DNA of 64,000 nucleotides from the human T2T-CHM13v2.0 reference genome, Homo sapiens. Shown one piece after another: positions 37,411 through 53,864 of this stretch (the first letter of the stretch is position 1; each line of letters opens with the position of its first letter). The translations under genes were made by a program, and so were the position numbers. The notes beneath the pieces are model-generated. The model was given only the letters and a program-made list of their open reading frames with translations, ran no database searches and had not been told where the DNA came from. The DNA is taken from assembly GCF_009914755.1 (NCBI RefSeq), contig NC_060932.1. One strand, given 5' to 3'.

Positions 37411-37548
37411 GGAGAGTGATTTTGGGTGCTGGTGATGCCCAAGACAGCAGCCACCACAATATCTGTTGTAATGATGGTGCTTATAGGCTTGGAGATTATT
37501 ATCTTGCCAGCTTACTCTGTTCCTCACTCATAAACTGGGAGCGTCTGG

Positions 37549-37868
37549 AGGATGGATGGGTGGATAGATGGAAGGATGGATGGGTGGAAGGATGGATGGG
37601 TGGATAGATGGAAGGATGGATGGGTGGAAGGGTGGATGGGTGGATAGATGGATAGATGGATGGATGAATGGATGGATGAATGGGGGATGGATGGATAGTG
37701 ATGAATGGATGGATAGATGGACATGTGGATGGATGAATGGGTAGATGAATGGATGGGTGGATGAGTGGGTGGATGGATGGGGGATGGATGGATGGTGGAT
37801 GGATGAATGGTGGATGGATGGATGGTGGATGGATGGGGGATGGATGGGGGATGGATGGGTAGATGGAA
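37549..37868. repeat. (GGAT)n tetranucleotide array
   Basis: Directly visible. Confidence 0.93.
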
Positions 37869-38634
37869 GAAAGGATACATAAGGACAATGACTACAGTCT
37901 CTGAGTCACCTGGAGGTGGAGCAGACAGGAGTGGCAGCCACCCAGGCGCTGTGCGTCTCGTCAGCACCCACACTCCTGAGATGTGGAGGAAGCTCCTTCG
38001 CACCTAACTCCTATCTGCTCATTCCCCTTCCTGTCGCCGACACAAACAATGCCAGAAGGGGAAGGAAGCCTAAGAAGGTTCCCCCACCCCCTGCACCAAG
38101 TGGCTTTGTCTCTAGGCAGGCCAGAGGCTCTTTCTGGCAAGGCCCTTCACAACCACCTCTCTCACCCCACTTCCCTGGCCCCAATCCAGCAGTAATAGAG
38201 CTTGCTGTCAGGAAGTCCTTCCGTGAGTCGAACCTGCATGCCTTAGGCTGCAACGTGAGGGCCCCTGTTCCCCTCAGCAGACTCTGCTCTTCGGTTCTCC
38301 CTCTTCCCCTTCTCCATCCTGACTGACCACCCCCACCACCGACCACCACCACTGTCTGGGCTGCATCATGACCATTTAGTGGGGCCATCCTCTAACCTCT
38401 CTTGGTCTCATTCGGCATGAAGGCCTGACCCTCCCGCTGGGCCCACCCACCTCCCCAGGCCCTGCTTCCCAGAGGGCTCAACTCCAGAGGAGCAATTGCA
38501 TAGTGTGCGTCCTACTCCAGAATTTATTCCAAAACCTTCCATTAGCCAGGAGTTCCCTTTTCAGCCCTGCTGCCCTGACCCCCAGCTCCCTGTGATCTGT
38601 CCTGAGACTGGAAGCAGGGGAGGCATCTGCGTGG

Positions 38635-38765
38635 GGGTGCAGGGCCTGGAGAGGCCTCGGCCTGGAGCGGGAGTGCAGGGCCTGGAGGGGGAGGGCAGGG
38701 CCTGGAGGGGGAGTGCAGGGCCTGGAGAGGCCTGGGCCTGTGTCTGGAGTGCAGGGCCTGGAGGG
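38635..38765. repeat. Short minisatellite (gtgcagggcctggag, about 5 copies)
   Basis: Directly visible. Confidence 0.75.
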
Positions 38766-39390
38766 CCCCTGGCAGGGGGTTCTGAAGTGCCCTGAGGTGA
38801 CAGAGCAGCTGGTATCTCACCCAGGCACTGCCCGCACCCCTCCAGCTGCTCACCGCCTGGGAGGTGAGCAGGATCAGGAGGGACCAGGCAGCCTCTTCTG
38901 ACCGGCGCCGTCTCCCCAGCCCTGCTAGAGCCCCACAAGCTTCTTGGCTCTGAGGCATTGTCCTGGGGAGGGCCGAGCACCTCCCTGGAGGCCCAGACCT
39001 GGGAGTGCATAAGTGGGAGGGGCCAGTGGGCTTCCACCACAGCCCTGCTCTGCAGCCTGCTCCCTGTGGCCCCGGGGGGCTCTCAGACCCCTGCAGTGAT
39101 AGTACAGTCCCCTCTGAAGACCCCAAGCAGCACACCTCTGCCCACCCGGTATCCTGTGTCTCTGGCCGGCTCAGCTCAGAGCAGCCCCTGAAGGGACCGG
39201 CAGACAGGTGAGACTCCTCCCAGGGTGCCCGGCCACCCAGGCCCACTCCTGGCCCTGCCTCAGACCCTCCCCGTCTGGGCCTCAGTTTCCCCACAGGTGC
39301 CAGCTGAGAGCCCTTCCAGGGCCAGCAGTCTGTGACTTGGCGCTTCTCAAGGTGTCGGAAGCAGCGGGCTCTGGAGTATCTTGTCAGGTC

Positions 39391-39525
39391 CTAAAAATAA
39401 TCGGGAGGGAGGAACATCTCCGAATAGCTGGTGAACGTGCGAGCCGCCCACCCCACGCACAGCGGAAACTCCTCCAAATAAGGCCTTGGCAGAACCGGAA
39501 GCCTGAACCATCACCACGCACGTCA
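39391..39525. promoter_or_regulatory. Candidate enhancer: MEF2 + EGR-like + ETS + CArG + ETS + half-CRE cluster
   Basis: CTAAAAATAA 39391, CCCCACGCA 39451, CGGAA 39463, CCAAATAAGG 39474, ACCGGAAG 39494, CACGTCA 39519. Confidence 0.55.
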
Positions 39526-41639
39526 GCTGTGTTCCAGAACCTTCCCTCCCAGGGCCACAGGGTCTCCCCCAGAGGGCCGGCGGCCGGATCAGAGGCCTGG
39601 GCAGCCTGGCTCATTCTAGACACCCGGAGCCCACTGAGAGATGGCAGCCCTTCCCATTAGAGTCCTGAAATTTATAATTACGGAATCAAAGCATTTCCTA
39701 GCCTAGAAACTTGTATTTAAACGTACGGAATCTTAGAATAATCAAATTCAGACCCTTCCCCCAAGTCGCAGAGGACATTGGCTCCAAAGGGCAGTGCCCC
39801 TGCCTGGCTCCCGGGAGAAGCAGGACCCCACCTGGGGCTGGGGGGCAGCATGGTAGCCTCCAGACCAGCCTCTGGAGAAATGGGGGATGGCTCCCAGCTG
39901 TCCTAGGAAGGCAGAGGAGGTGTCGCTGGGCTCAGTATGGCTCTCTGGGAACACCATATGGACCCTGCCCAGGAAGGGGAGGTGGGGGGAGGAAGGAGGC
40001 AACACCCCCATCAGCAACCTCCTCGGCCTCTCCCAGGGGTTCCGGGTTGGGCGTGGCCCCTCCTGCCTTGCAGTGTGCACAGGGGTGGGGTGCTCCTTCT
40101 CTTCCCACCCCCCACCTCTCCTCCGTGTCCTTCCTGATCTTTCCCTGACCCTGCTAAGCTGAGGGACCCCCTGCCCCTAGAGGGGAAGCTTCTCATGGAC
40201 TTTGCCCAGTTCCTCCACCGGGCCACGCTTAACCTCCCAGAAGGACAAGGGTGTGCCTTGGGAACCAGGGCAGGGAAGAGGAGGGAGGGGACAGGTCTGG
40301 AGGGGCTGCTTTATTGGAGGAGAGGGATGGGCACAGTCTGGTGACAGGACCTTGAGGGTAGGCAGGGAGGGTGCAGGGCAAGGACTGGACCTCCCACTCT
40401 TGATGGCTTCCCGGAAGAGGGGACCTGGCTGAGCCTGGAGGTGGTGGAGGCGGGTGGTAGTCGGCACCCATGTAGGGCCAGCCTTGAAGGATGCTGATGT
40501 CACCAGTGGCCGCTGAGCCAAGGCTGGTGGCTTGGGCGGCATGGGCCAGGGCTTGTACCCCTTGGAGGTTTAGGAAGTTCAGGCTCTCAGCCAGAGCCCG
40601 CCCCCTGCTGGCTTGGAGAGAAGGGCTCAGCGCTCAGGCCCCACCCCGGGGCTGCTGTGGGGGATTTCTTTCTGGGCCAACCCCAGGTCACTAACAGGTC
40701 ACTAAGATGTGATGTGGCCAGGGTCACACAGCTGGGGCCTGGACCACTGCTTGGCCAACCCTAGAAGAGTCCCAGTCCGCGCCCCCACCCAACTGTTGCC
40801 ATCCTCCAGGCAGTCTGTGCCTGTAGCTGCCAGAAGCACTCCTGGCCCCAAACCTCAGTGGTGCCTCCCTCTTCACTGTCCTGGCCTCGCCTCACCCCTG
40901 CCTCTGAGTCTCTCCAAAGCCACGTGCCTTATAGCAGGCTTTGGCGGGGGGCAGGCAGTTTCCTGCAGTACAGGGGTTCCCCCGAACCTGGTATGCACAC
41001 CAGGTATGCTCAGAGGAGGCTCTTATCAGCATCTGACAGCTGAGAAGTCTGAGAGGGGCCCTGGGGAAAGAGGCCACAGAGTGTTCTGGGAAGGGGCCAC
41101 CTGCCCCTGCCTCCAGGTGCGTACCTGCAATGCACCAGGAACAGGCAGCCATTGGAGGAGAGGTGGGCAGATTAAGCCGAGCAGGCCTGGCAAGGAGAGG
41201 TGAGGTGGAGGCCAGGCCATGGGTCCAGGCTGAGGAACAGCAGTCATGTGCAGAGGGCAGTGGCTGTTCACATCTCACGGGTCCTGTTGGTCTCCGTGGC
41301 CCACGGGTCTCTATGCAACACCTCCCAGGTGTGTGCCAGGCTTGCAGAGATGATGCTGGTGGCTCAAGGACTCCTAGTAGAAGCTCCCAGAGAAGGGACC
41401 TCAGTGTAGACCTCAGTGCAGACCAGAGAAAGCACAGAATGACGTGTGCCCTTACCCATGGCACTGATGACGGGGATGAGGGACAGTGATGCAGGCCTTT
41501 GTAACCACCACCCAGCACAGAAGAGGAAACTGAGGCACAGAGAGAGTAGGTGACTTGCCCAGTCACAGAGCTAAACCAGTGGTGGGATTCGAGCCCAGGC
41601 ATCCAGGCTGTCGTGGTGGTGTACTTAGGCGTCATCATC

Positions 41640-42482
41640 ATTCGAGATTTACTTCACCAGGTTTAAGGATTATGACCCATGACACAGCCTCAGGAGGGCC
41701 TGAGGACCTGCGCCCAAAGTCGTTGGGGTACAGCTTGATTTTATACATTTTAGGGAGACTTAAGACATCAATCAATACACATGACGTATATATTTGTTCT
41801 AGAAAGGTGGGACATCCTGAAACAGAAGCTTCCAGGTCATAGGTGGATTTAAAGATTTTCTGATTCACAATTGGTTGGAAGAGTTATTATCTAAAGACCT
41901 GGAATCAATAGAAAGGGTGTTTAAGTTAAGATAAGAGTTTGTGGAGACCAAAGTTAGCATGTAGTTGAAGTCTCATAGGTGGCCACCCTTAGAGGCAGTA
42001 GATGGCAAATGTTTGCTATTCAACCTTTAAAAGATGTTAGGCTAGACTCTCAGCTAATCTCTTCAAGGTCAGAAAAAGACCTGGAAAGGGAGGAGGATTC
42101 TCTACAGAATGTAAATTTCCGCCACAAGAGACAGCCTTGCAGGGGCATTTCAAAATATGTCAAAGAAATATACTTTGGGGTAAAATCCTTTGATTTCTTT
42201 CAGAGCCTACTGTTATGCTATGCTATGCTGGAGTCAGGTTCGAATTTGCTGTTATTTCTACAAAGAGTCTGTTCGGTCTGTCTTAAGATTTCTGTTTAAT
42301 GTTAATGCTGATCAGTTTTGTGCCTGAATTCCCAAGAGAGGAGAGTGTAATGAGGCATGTCTGATCCCTCCTTCTCATCACAACCTGAACTTGTTATTTT
42401 TAGGTTTCTTTGGAATCCCCTTGGCCAAGAAGGGGGTCCATTTGGTCAGTTGGAGGACTTAGAATTTTATTTTTGGTCTACA
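41640..42482 (-). mobile_element. ERV1 solo LTR, MER4 family
   Basis: Reverse strand starts TGTAGACCAAAAATAAAATTCTAAG; contains tacagcttgattttatacattttagggagac typical of MER4. Confidence 0.8.
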
Positions 42483-42919
42483 CTGGGCACCTGTGCATGA
42501 CGTATTTGTAATGATGGAGTATTATCACGGAAAAAATAGAGCAATTTCCATTTCCAAAAACAAAACAAGAAGGAAGACCCCATGTTGATGTATTAATTAT
42601 CTGGGCCTGGACTATTCTAAGTGCTGGTCAAATAAATTTTAAGGGTAGGCCAGGCCCTGACACAGATCTCAGGTGGGAGGCACCTACAGCATCTTCAAAG
42701 CTGCACTGGCTCTATATGCCCCACCTCTCTCATTCTCCCAGAGCTCACAGTGGAGAAGTTGTGCTCTCTGCTTCTGCTGGGTCCGGCACCTCCAGCCCCA
42801 GCCTGCCTCCCTCCCAATCAGCTCCTCATAAGGTCTTTTACACCAGGCCTTTCCCTCCCTCCACACTCTCCAGCCTTTCTCCTTAAGAGTCCTTCTTGTC
42901 AGCAACTAACTACGGAGCT

Positions 42920-43680
42920 ATTCAGGCTTTTTATTTCTTCTTGACTCACTTCTAGTGCATTGTGCTTTTCTGAAATCCAACTATTTCAACTAAGTTTTCA
43001 AATGTATTGGAATCACATTGCTCCTAACATTCTTTTATTTCTGATGTGTCTGCAGTCAGGTCCCCTTTGTCACCCCTAACACTGAATTGTGGCTTCTCTC
43101 TTTATGTTATTCAACTTGCTTATTTAATCATTCACTTCAAAGAACAAACTTTTGCCTTTGTGGTTCCCCTGTGTTATGCCCCCCGCTTCACTCATTCCTG
43201 CTCCTATCTTTATAACCTCCTTCCTTCTTCTTTGTGTTTATGAGGAATGAAAAAACTTTTTATGCTGAAAGCTGAACACATTCATTTTTAGCCTTCGTTA
43301 TTGTCTAATATAAGCATTTTAGGCTACAAATTTCCCTCAAAGGGTTACTTTAGCTCCACCCTGAAAGTTTCTGTGTGTATTATTTTCATTACCATTCAGT
43401 TGTATTGGTTTTTAAATTTCCATTATGATTGTTTTATGGATATATGTTGTTTTATATGTGTTTTTAAAGTTCCAAACCATGAGATTTAAGAAATCTTTTT
43501 GTGATTTCTAATTATGTTGTCATAAAATGTAATCTATATGTGAATTGCTTTGTTGCATAGTATGTGACTAATTTTTATAAATATTTCACACCTCTTTTAC
43601 AATTGCTGAGTGCGTAGTTATTTATATGTTAGTTAAACCAAGCTGGTCAATTCTATTGCTCAAATCCTCTGTACCCTTGC
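42920..43680 (-). mobile_element. Old L1 fragment
   Basis: T-rich antisense L1-like text (ttcaaagaacaaacttttg, gcattttaggctacaaatttccctc). Confidence 0.65.
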
Positions 43681-44150
43681 TGATGCAGGGCAGGTGAGCC
43701 CCTAAAAGTGGGGCTTAGCCTGGAGGGTTCTTGGCTTTGTTCAACAAAAAATTTGAAGGCGAGCCAGTGGTGTTCGAAGCACCTTTGATTGAAGTGGTGT
43801 GGGCAGCCGCAGCAGAGGGACTGCTCCTTGCAGAGCAGGGCTACCCCATAGGCAGTGAGCCCAGGGAAGCAGCTCAGAGGCACTTCCGCAGTCATAGTTA
43901 TACCCACTTTTAATCGTATGCAAATTAAGGGGCAGATTATGCAGCAATTTCAAGAAAAAGAGTGGTAAATTCCACTGCCATGGAAAGGGGTACTAACTTC
44001 TGGTGTTGCCATGGCAATGGTAAACCAACAGGCACACTGGTGGGCATGTATTCTGGAAAGGTCTTTCTACCCTGCCCCATTTTAGCTAGTCCTCAATTCA
44101 GTCCTGTGTCTGAGCCCCACCTCCAGAGTTGAGTCCTGCTTCCTACCTCA
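43681..44150 (-). mobile_element. ERV1 solo LTR (MER66-like)
   Basis: TG...CA termini, 470 bp, near-TSD ttgc/ttgt; reverse strand starts TGAGGTAGGAAGCAGGACTCAACTC. Confidence 0.65.
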
Positions 44151-44151
44151 T

Positions 44152-44940
44152 TGTGATATTGTGAAATATATATTTAATCTTCACCCCTATTTCCTGACAT
44201 ACAGCTCCTGAAACTCTTGGAATCTTCAGAGTGACAAGTGCTTCTTTTGTATGTTAATGAGATGACTGATGTCCCTGAAACAGCTTCAAGATGGGGCTGG
44301 TCACTGGAAAGACCAAGGCAGCATCAGAGGGTTGGGACTTTCAGCCCCACCTCCCACCTCTGGGCAGGGGAGAGAGGCTGAAGGTTGATCACCAATGGCT
44401 AATGATGTAATCAATCATGCATTCCTAATAAAGCTTCCATAAAACCCCAAAAGGACACAGTTTGGGGAGCCCCCAGATAGCTGAACACACGCAGGTGCCT
44501 GGAGGTGGTGCTGGGAGGGCCTGGGAGCTCCGCGCCCCTCCCCGTGCCTGCCCACACGTCTCCCCCACCTGCTGTGCATCCGCACCTTCGTCACAGCCTG
44601 TGTCATAAATGGGTAGACGCGGCTCAGTGTGTCCCTGAGTTCTGTGAGCCGCTCCAGCAAGTCATCAGACCCAAGGAGAGGGTCGTGGGAACCCTGATTC
44701 CCACGGTGCTAGTCAGAAGCACTAGCATTGGAAGTGGGGTCGTTGTGTGGGACTGAGCCCTCGACTTGCGGGATCTGACGCGACCTCGAGATGGATGGCG
44801 TCGGGATTGAATTGAGGATACCCAGCAGTGTCCACTGCAGTCGCTCAGTGTGTGGGGAAGCGACCCCGTGGCTGGTCACACAAGTATCTTGTGCTGTATT
44901 TGAGTATGTGAGAGGGAGGAAGAGAAGCACTTCAGTTCGG
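44152..44940 (+). mobile_element. MER21-family LTR
   Basis: Begins TGTGATATTGTGAAATATATATTT; contains gggttgggactttcagccccacc and aatcaatcatgc motifs. Confidence 0.75.
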
Positions 44941-45447
44941 ATTTCTTGTCTCCTTTAACTTTCAATTATTTTGAATCTGCTGGACCTGTCAAGAATTGGA
45001 AAGAAGTATTGAAATTTCCCACTATGATAGTAGATTGTTTCTTTTTTCTTTGTAATTCTACCAAATTTTGCTTAGTATGTTTTGAGGAATATGAGTTCAG
45101 AATTATTATATGTTCCTGGAGATTTGAATTTTTGTCATTTTGAAGTAACCATCTCTCTATATAATAATGTTTTTTTCTTTTGGCTTAAAGTCTATCTCAT
45201 TTGATATTAATATAAATACCCTCATCGTCCTTTGTTAAATAACATTTTTGTGGGTTTATTCTCAAATTTTAGGTATGTCTCATGTAAGGGCATAGAACTG
45301 GACTTTTAAAATCCAATCAGAGAATCTGGCTTTTAATTTTTTATTCCTATTTTTGGGTGATGGTTGCTGTATTTGGATCTGGTACTCTGTCTTAGTGCCG
45401 CATTAATGTCTTGTTTTTACTCTAATTTAAAAAAAATCTCAATTCTC

Positions 45448-45600
45448 AGCTGGGCATGGTGGCTCAGACCTGTAATCTCAGCACTTTGGGAGCCTGAGGT
45501 GGGAGGGTTGCTTGAGGCCAGGAGTGTGAGACCAGATGGGGCAACATAGTGAGATCCTGTCTCTCAAAAAAAAAAAAAAAAAACAACAACAACAAAAAAA
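45448..45600 (+). mobile_element. Alu monomer (FLAM-like) with A tail
   Basis: gctgggcatggtggctca...tgtaatctcagcactttgggag then poly-A. Confidence 0.85.
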
Positions 45601-45654
45601 AGAACCACAAAACTCCTTTTCTGATTTTTCGAAGGGACTGCATTTTTAAAGTAT

Positions 45655-45960
<306 letters not shown>

Positions 45961-47166
45961 TAAAGTATTGATTTTTAATGCAGTTTTACCTCTTATTCAT
46001 ATGGAAATCTTACAGATTCTTTCTATTCCTTTTCAGCTTACCTTTGAAATTATAACCATTATTTAACTGGTTCTAAAATGCATCAGTCTATGAACTCTCT
46101 TTCAAACGGTACAAGGACCTCAGAAGACTTTACTCATTCTCGTTGGGCTTCCATGGTAGCTTTGTCTATCATTTGAGCTCTGTATGTACAACGCTATGAA
46201 TGAGACAGGATTATCCTCATCAGTAGACAGCCCTGGTTATATGGACTTATATGTTTAGCCATTCCTTTGTCACCATTCCTTCTAAGATGTCATGCTCTCC
46301 TTCTTCCCGGAGCACAGGCTTTCCAAGTCCTGCTGGCAAACACCTGTTGACTGTAACTCTGTTGTCCGTGTGGAGAAGGCCAAATTAATCCCACTCATTG
46401 CCTGGCATCATGCTGGCCCATGGGAAGCCCCGTTCTTGCTTATTTATGCTCTTGAATCTCCATAATCCGCCCCCCAACCGATAAGCAGCTACTCTAATTT
46501 AGTTAATATGTCTTTTTTTTTTTCAAGTGTTCTTTTTATTTGATAATAATTTTAGGCAACAGAAAGTTGCAAAGATTGTATAGAAAGCACTGCTCTACCA
46601 CCTACAAGTTTCCCCCGTCATTAACATCTTATATAACCATGGCACAATTATCAAAGTGTCTATTTATTTAAACTATATTGTTATAGATCTCAATCTGTTT
46701 TTAACTTTTTTCCATAAGCACTTTTTTTAAAAAGATCCATCTGGGTTGCTATGTGTGCATCTTGTCTGTTCTTTTTCATTTTTTTCTTGACGTGGTTTAT
46801 TTTAATATAAAATACAGCCAAACATATACCACAGATGAGACGGAGCCATATGTAATGACATTCTCTGTGCATGGCGAGTAATATCGGTGTGCGCACTTGA
46901 ATTTTGCATTTTTGGTTTAACTTGGAGGTACAACTTAAATATACTAAGATTCGTCCATTTTAAGTGTTGGATGGGTTAGGCCGTATGTAAACACTCAGCC
47001 ACTGCCACGAACAGACGGTGCACAACTCTGTCAGACCCATGCAACTGTCACCATGAGTGGGACAGTGCCACCAGCCCCCAGCATCCCCTCAGGAGGTCCC
47101 TTTCTAGTAAAATCCTTTCCCCATCCTCCCCCCGGGGCAGCCACTGCTCTATGCTTCGTCCCTGTA

Positions 47167-50831
<3,665 letters not shown>

Positions 50832-50834
50832 CAT

Positions 50835-52000
50835 CTCTTTCCAATTCTTGAGTAGAATTCCATTGTATGGGTGTACTATAGTTTATCTATTCACTCACAG
50901 AAGGACATTTGAGTTATATCCAGTTTTTGACAACTATGAAAAAAGCTGATATAAACATTCATGCTTGAGTTTGTGTAGAAACATCTTCATGTCTCTAGGG
51001 CAAATGCCTAGGAGTGGAACTGCTAGGGCATAAGGTGAGTGTATCTTTAACTTTGTAAGAAAATGACAAACAATTTTCCAGAGCAGCTGCTCTGTTTTGC
51101 ATTCTCACCAACAATGGTTCGAGAATTCCTTGCTGGCTATTGTCATGGCTGTTCTTCTAATTCTTTCAAGAATATCTTTTGCAGAACAAAGTTGTCTTCC
51201 CATTGATTGAGCTTTTGGTGTCATATGTAAGACCTCTTGCCAGGTCACAGGGATTTTTCTCTGATATTAAAAGTGTGATAGGTTTGCATTTTATGTTTAG
51301 ATAAAGTCTGAGCTAGCTTTTATATAAGGTGTAAGAATTACATCCAAGTCCTCCTTCATCTGAGGATGCCTTTATTCCAGCTAAATTCCCAAAGAATGTT
51401 TTCACTAGATATAGAATTCATATTGACCATTCCTTTTTCTTCAGCATTTAAAAAATTTTGCTCCATTGCTCCCCGACTTCCATGGTTTCTGGTGAGAAAT
51501 CCATTGTCTTTCAAATCCTTGCTCTTCCATATGTCTACAGCATTTTTGTTCTGGCTGGCCTCAGATGTTCTTGTCTTTCAGCAGCTTGATTAGGATGTTT
51601 CTTCATCAACATGGATTTCTCTTTGTTTATCCTGTTTTGTGTTCATATCTGAATCTGTAAGTTTCTGTCTTTGCCAAGATTCAAGCAATTTGAGCTGTTA
51701 TTTATTGAATCTTCCTATACCATCCACTGTCTCCTCTTCTTCTGGAAGTCTGATAATCTGACTGTTGGTGTCGTGGGCCCTAAGGTTCCCTTCATTTTTG
51801 GTCCATCACTTTTCTCTCTGTTGTTCAGATTGGATAATTTCTATTGATCTTCAAGGTCACTCTTCTCCTCTTATCTCCATTGTACGCTATTGAGACGATC
51901 CAGGGAATTTTTCTTATTTCAGTTATTGTACTTTTCAATTCTAAAATTTCCATGTGGTCCTTCTTGCATTTTTACTTTTCATTTTTTAAATTTTATTTTT
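50835..52000 (-). mobile_element. Old L1 fragments
   Basis: gagtagaattccattgtatgg, cctaggagtggaactgctagg and gtttctggtgagaaatcc L1M-like text. Confidence 0.75.
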
Positions 52001-52589
52001 ATCATGTTTCATACACACACCTTCACCCTGCCCCCAGAGTCTCCTCTATTATTAACATCTTGCATTAGTCCCCAGTGTCACCCAAGGACCCCTGCACTAG
52101 GACCTGGGCTACTGCCCCCAAGCTCTTCAATGAAGAGGCAGACACTGACTACCCCAAGGGAATGTGTGTGTGGCAGGGGTAGGTGCAGCATGAACAGAAC
52201 TTAGGAAGCTGGCCTCAAGCTGCCTTCTCATTGCCATCTCTAGCAGTCTGCCCACCTCCCAGGCTTTTGGCCCAGGAGACAGGATCAGCCACAGTTGTGA
52301 AACCTCGTTCCACCCTCTTCTGGCTTCCATGGTTGCTATTCTTGATTCCACTGCTGGTTTGTTATTGCTAGGGGGTTTGTGTCTGTCTCAGCCTGCAGAA
52401 AAAGATGTTTTCTTCAGGGGTGATAACCATGGTCAAGCCCCACAGGAGGGTTTAGGGTTTCAGTTTCCACCGCCAGCATTTAGTGGGGACCCCAGAGCTG
52501 GGGAGTTAATGCAGAAATTCATTCCGTATCAGCAGCAAACACAAAGACCCTGGCACACATAGCCTTGAGCCCAATGCCAGGGCTTCACG

Positions 52590-53864
52590 AAGAAGCCCAC
52601 GATATGCAAGAGAAGCCCATGATATGCAGGAGAAGCCCACGACACGCAGGAGAAGCCGATGACACACAGGAGAAGCCCACGATATGCAGGAGAAGCCCAC
52701 GACATGCAGAAGCCCACCACACACAGGAGAAGCCCACAATACGCAGGAGAAGCCCACCACACACAGGAGAAGCCCACGACATGCAGGAGAAGCCGACAAC
52801 ATGCAGGAGAAGCCCATGATATGCAGGAGAAGCCCACGATATGCAGAAGCCCACCACACACACAGGAGAAGCCCACGATACGCAGGAGAAGCCGACGACA
52901 TGCAGGAGAGGCCCATGATATGCAGGAGAGGCCCACGATATGCAGGAGAAGCCGACGACACACAGGAGAAGCCAACGACACGCAGGAGAAACCAACGACA
53001 CGCAGGAGAAGCCCATGATATGCAGGAGAAGCCCACGATATGCAGAAGCCCACCACACACACAGGAGAAGCCCATGATACGCAGGAGAAGCCGACGACAT
53101 GCAGGAGAGGCCCATGATATGCAGGAGAAGCCCACGATACGCAGGAGAAGCCCATGATGCGCAGGAGAAGCCCACAACACGCAGGAGAAGCTGATGACAT
53201 GCAGGAGAGGCCCACGATATGCAGGAGAAGCCCATGATATGCAGGAGAGGCCCAAGATATGCAGGAGAAGCCGACGACATGCAGGAGAAGCCCAAGATAC
53301 GCAGGAGAAGCCCACGACACGCAGGAGAAGCCCATGATACACAGGAGAAGCCGACGACACGCAGGAGAAGCCGACGACACGCAGGAGAAACCCACGACAC
53401 GCAGGAGAAGCCAACGACACGCAGGAGAAGCCCATGATATGCAGGAGAAGCCGACGACACGCAGGAGAAGCCCACGACATGCAGGAGAGGCCCATGATAT
53501 GCAGGAGAAGCCCACGACATGCAGGAGAAGCTGACGACATGCAGGAGAAGCCCACGACAGGCAGGAGAGGCCCACGATATGCAGGAGAAGCCGATGACAT
53601 GCAGGAGAAGCCCACGATATGCAGGAGAAGCCCATGATACGCAGGAGAAGCCCACAATACACAGGAGAAGCCAATGACATGCAGGAGAAGCCGACGACAC
53701 GCAGGAGAAACCGACGACATGCAGGAGAAGCCCACGATATGCAGGAGAAGCCGACGACACGCAGGAGAGGCCCATGACACGCAGGAGAAGCCCACGACAT
53801 GCAGGAGAAGCCCACGATACGCAGGAGAAGCCCATGATACACAGGAGAAGCCCACGATACGCAG
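52590..53864. repeat. 20-bp VNTR (gcaggagaagcccacgatat and variants), about 60 copies
   Basis: Directly visible; from 53101 the period is exactly 20 nt. Confidence 0.97.

Noticed and set aside
40170-40610. Possible further MROH exons on the minus strand
   Set aside because: No convincing MROH-like peptide or splice-site pair by eye.
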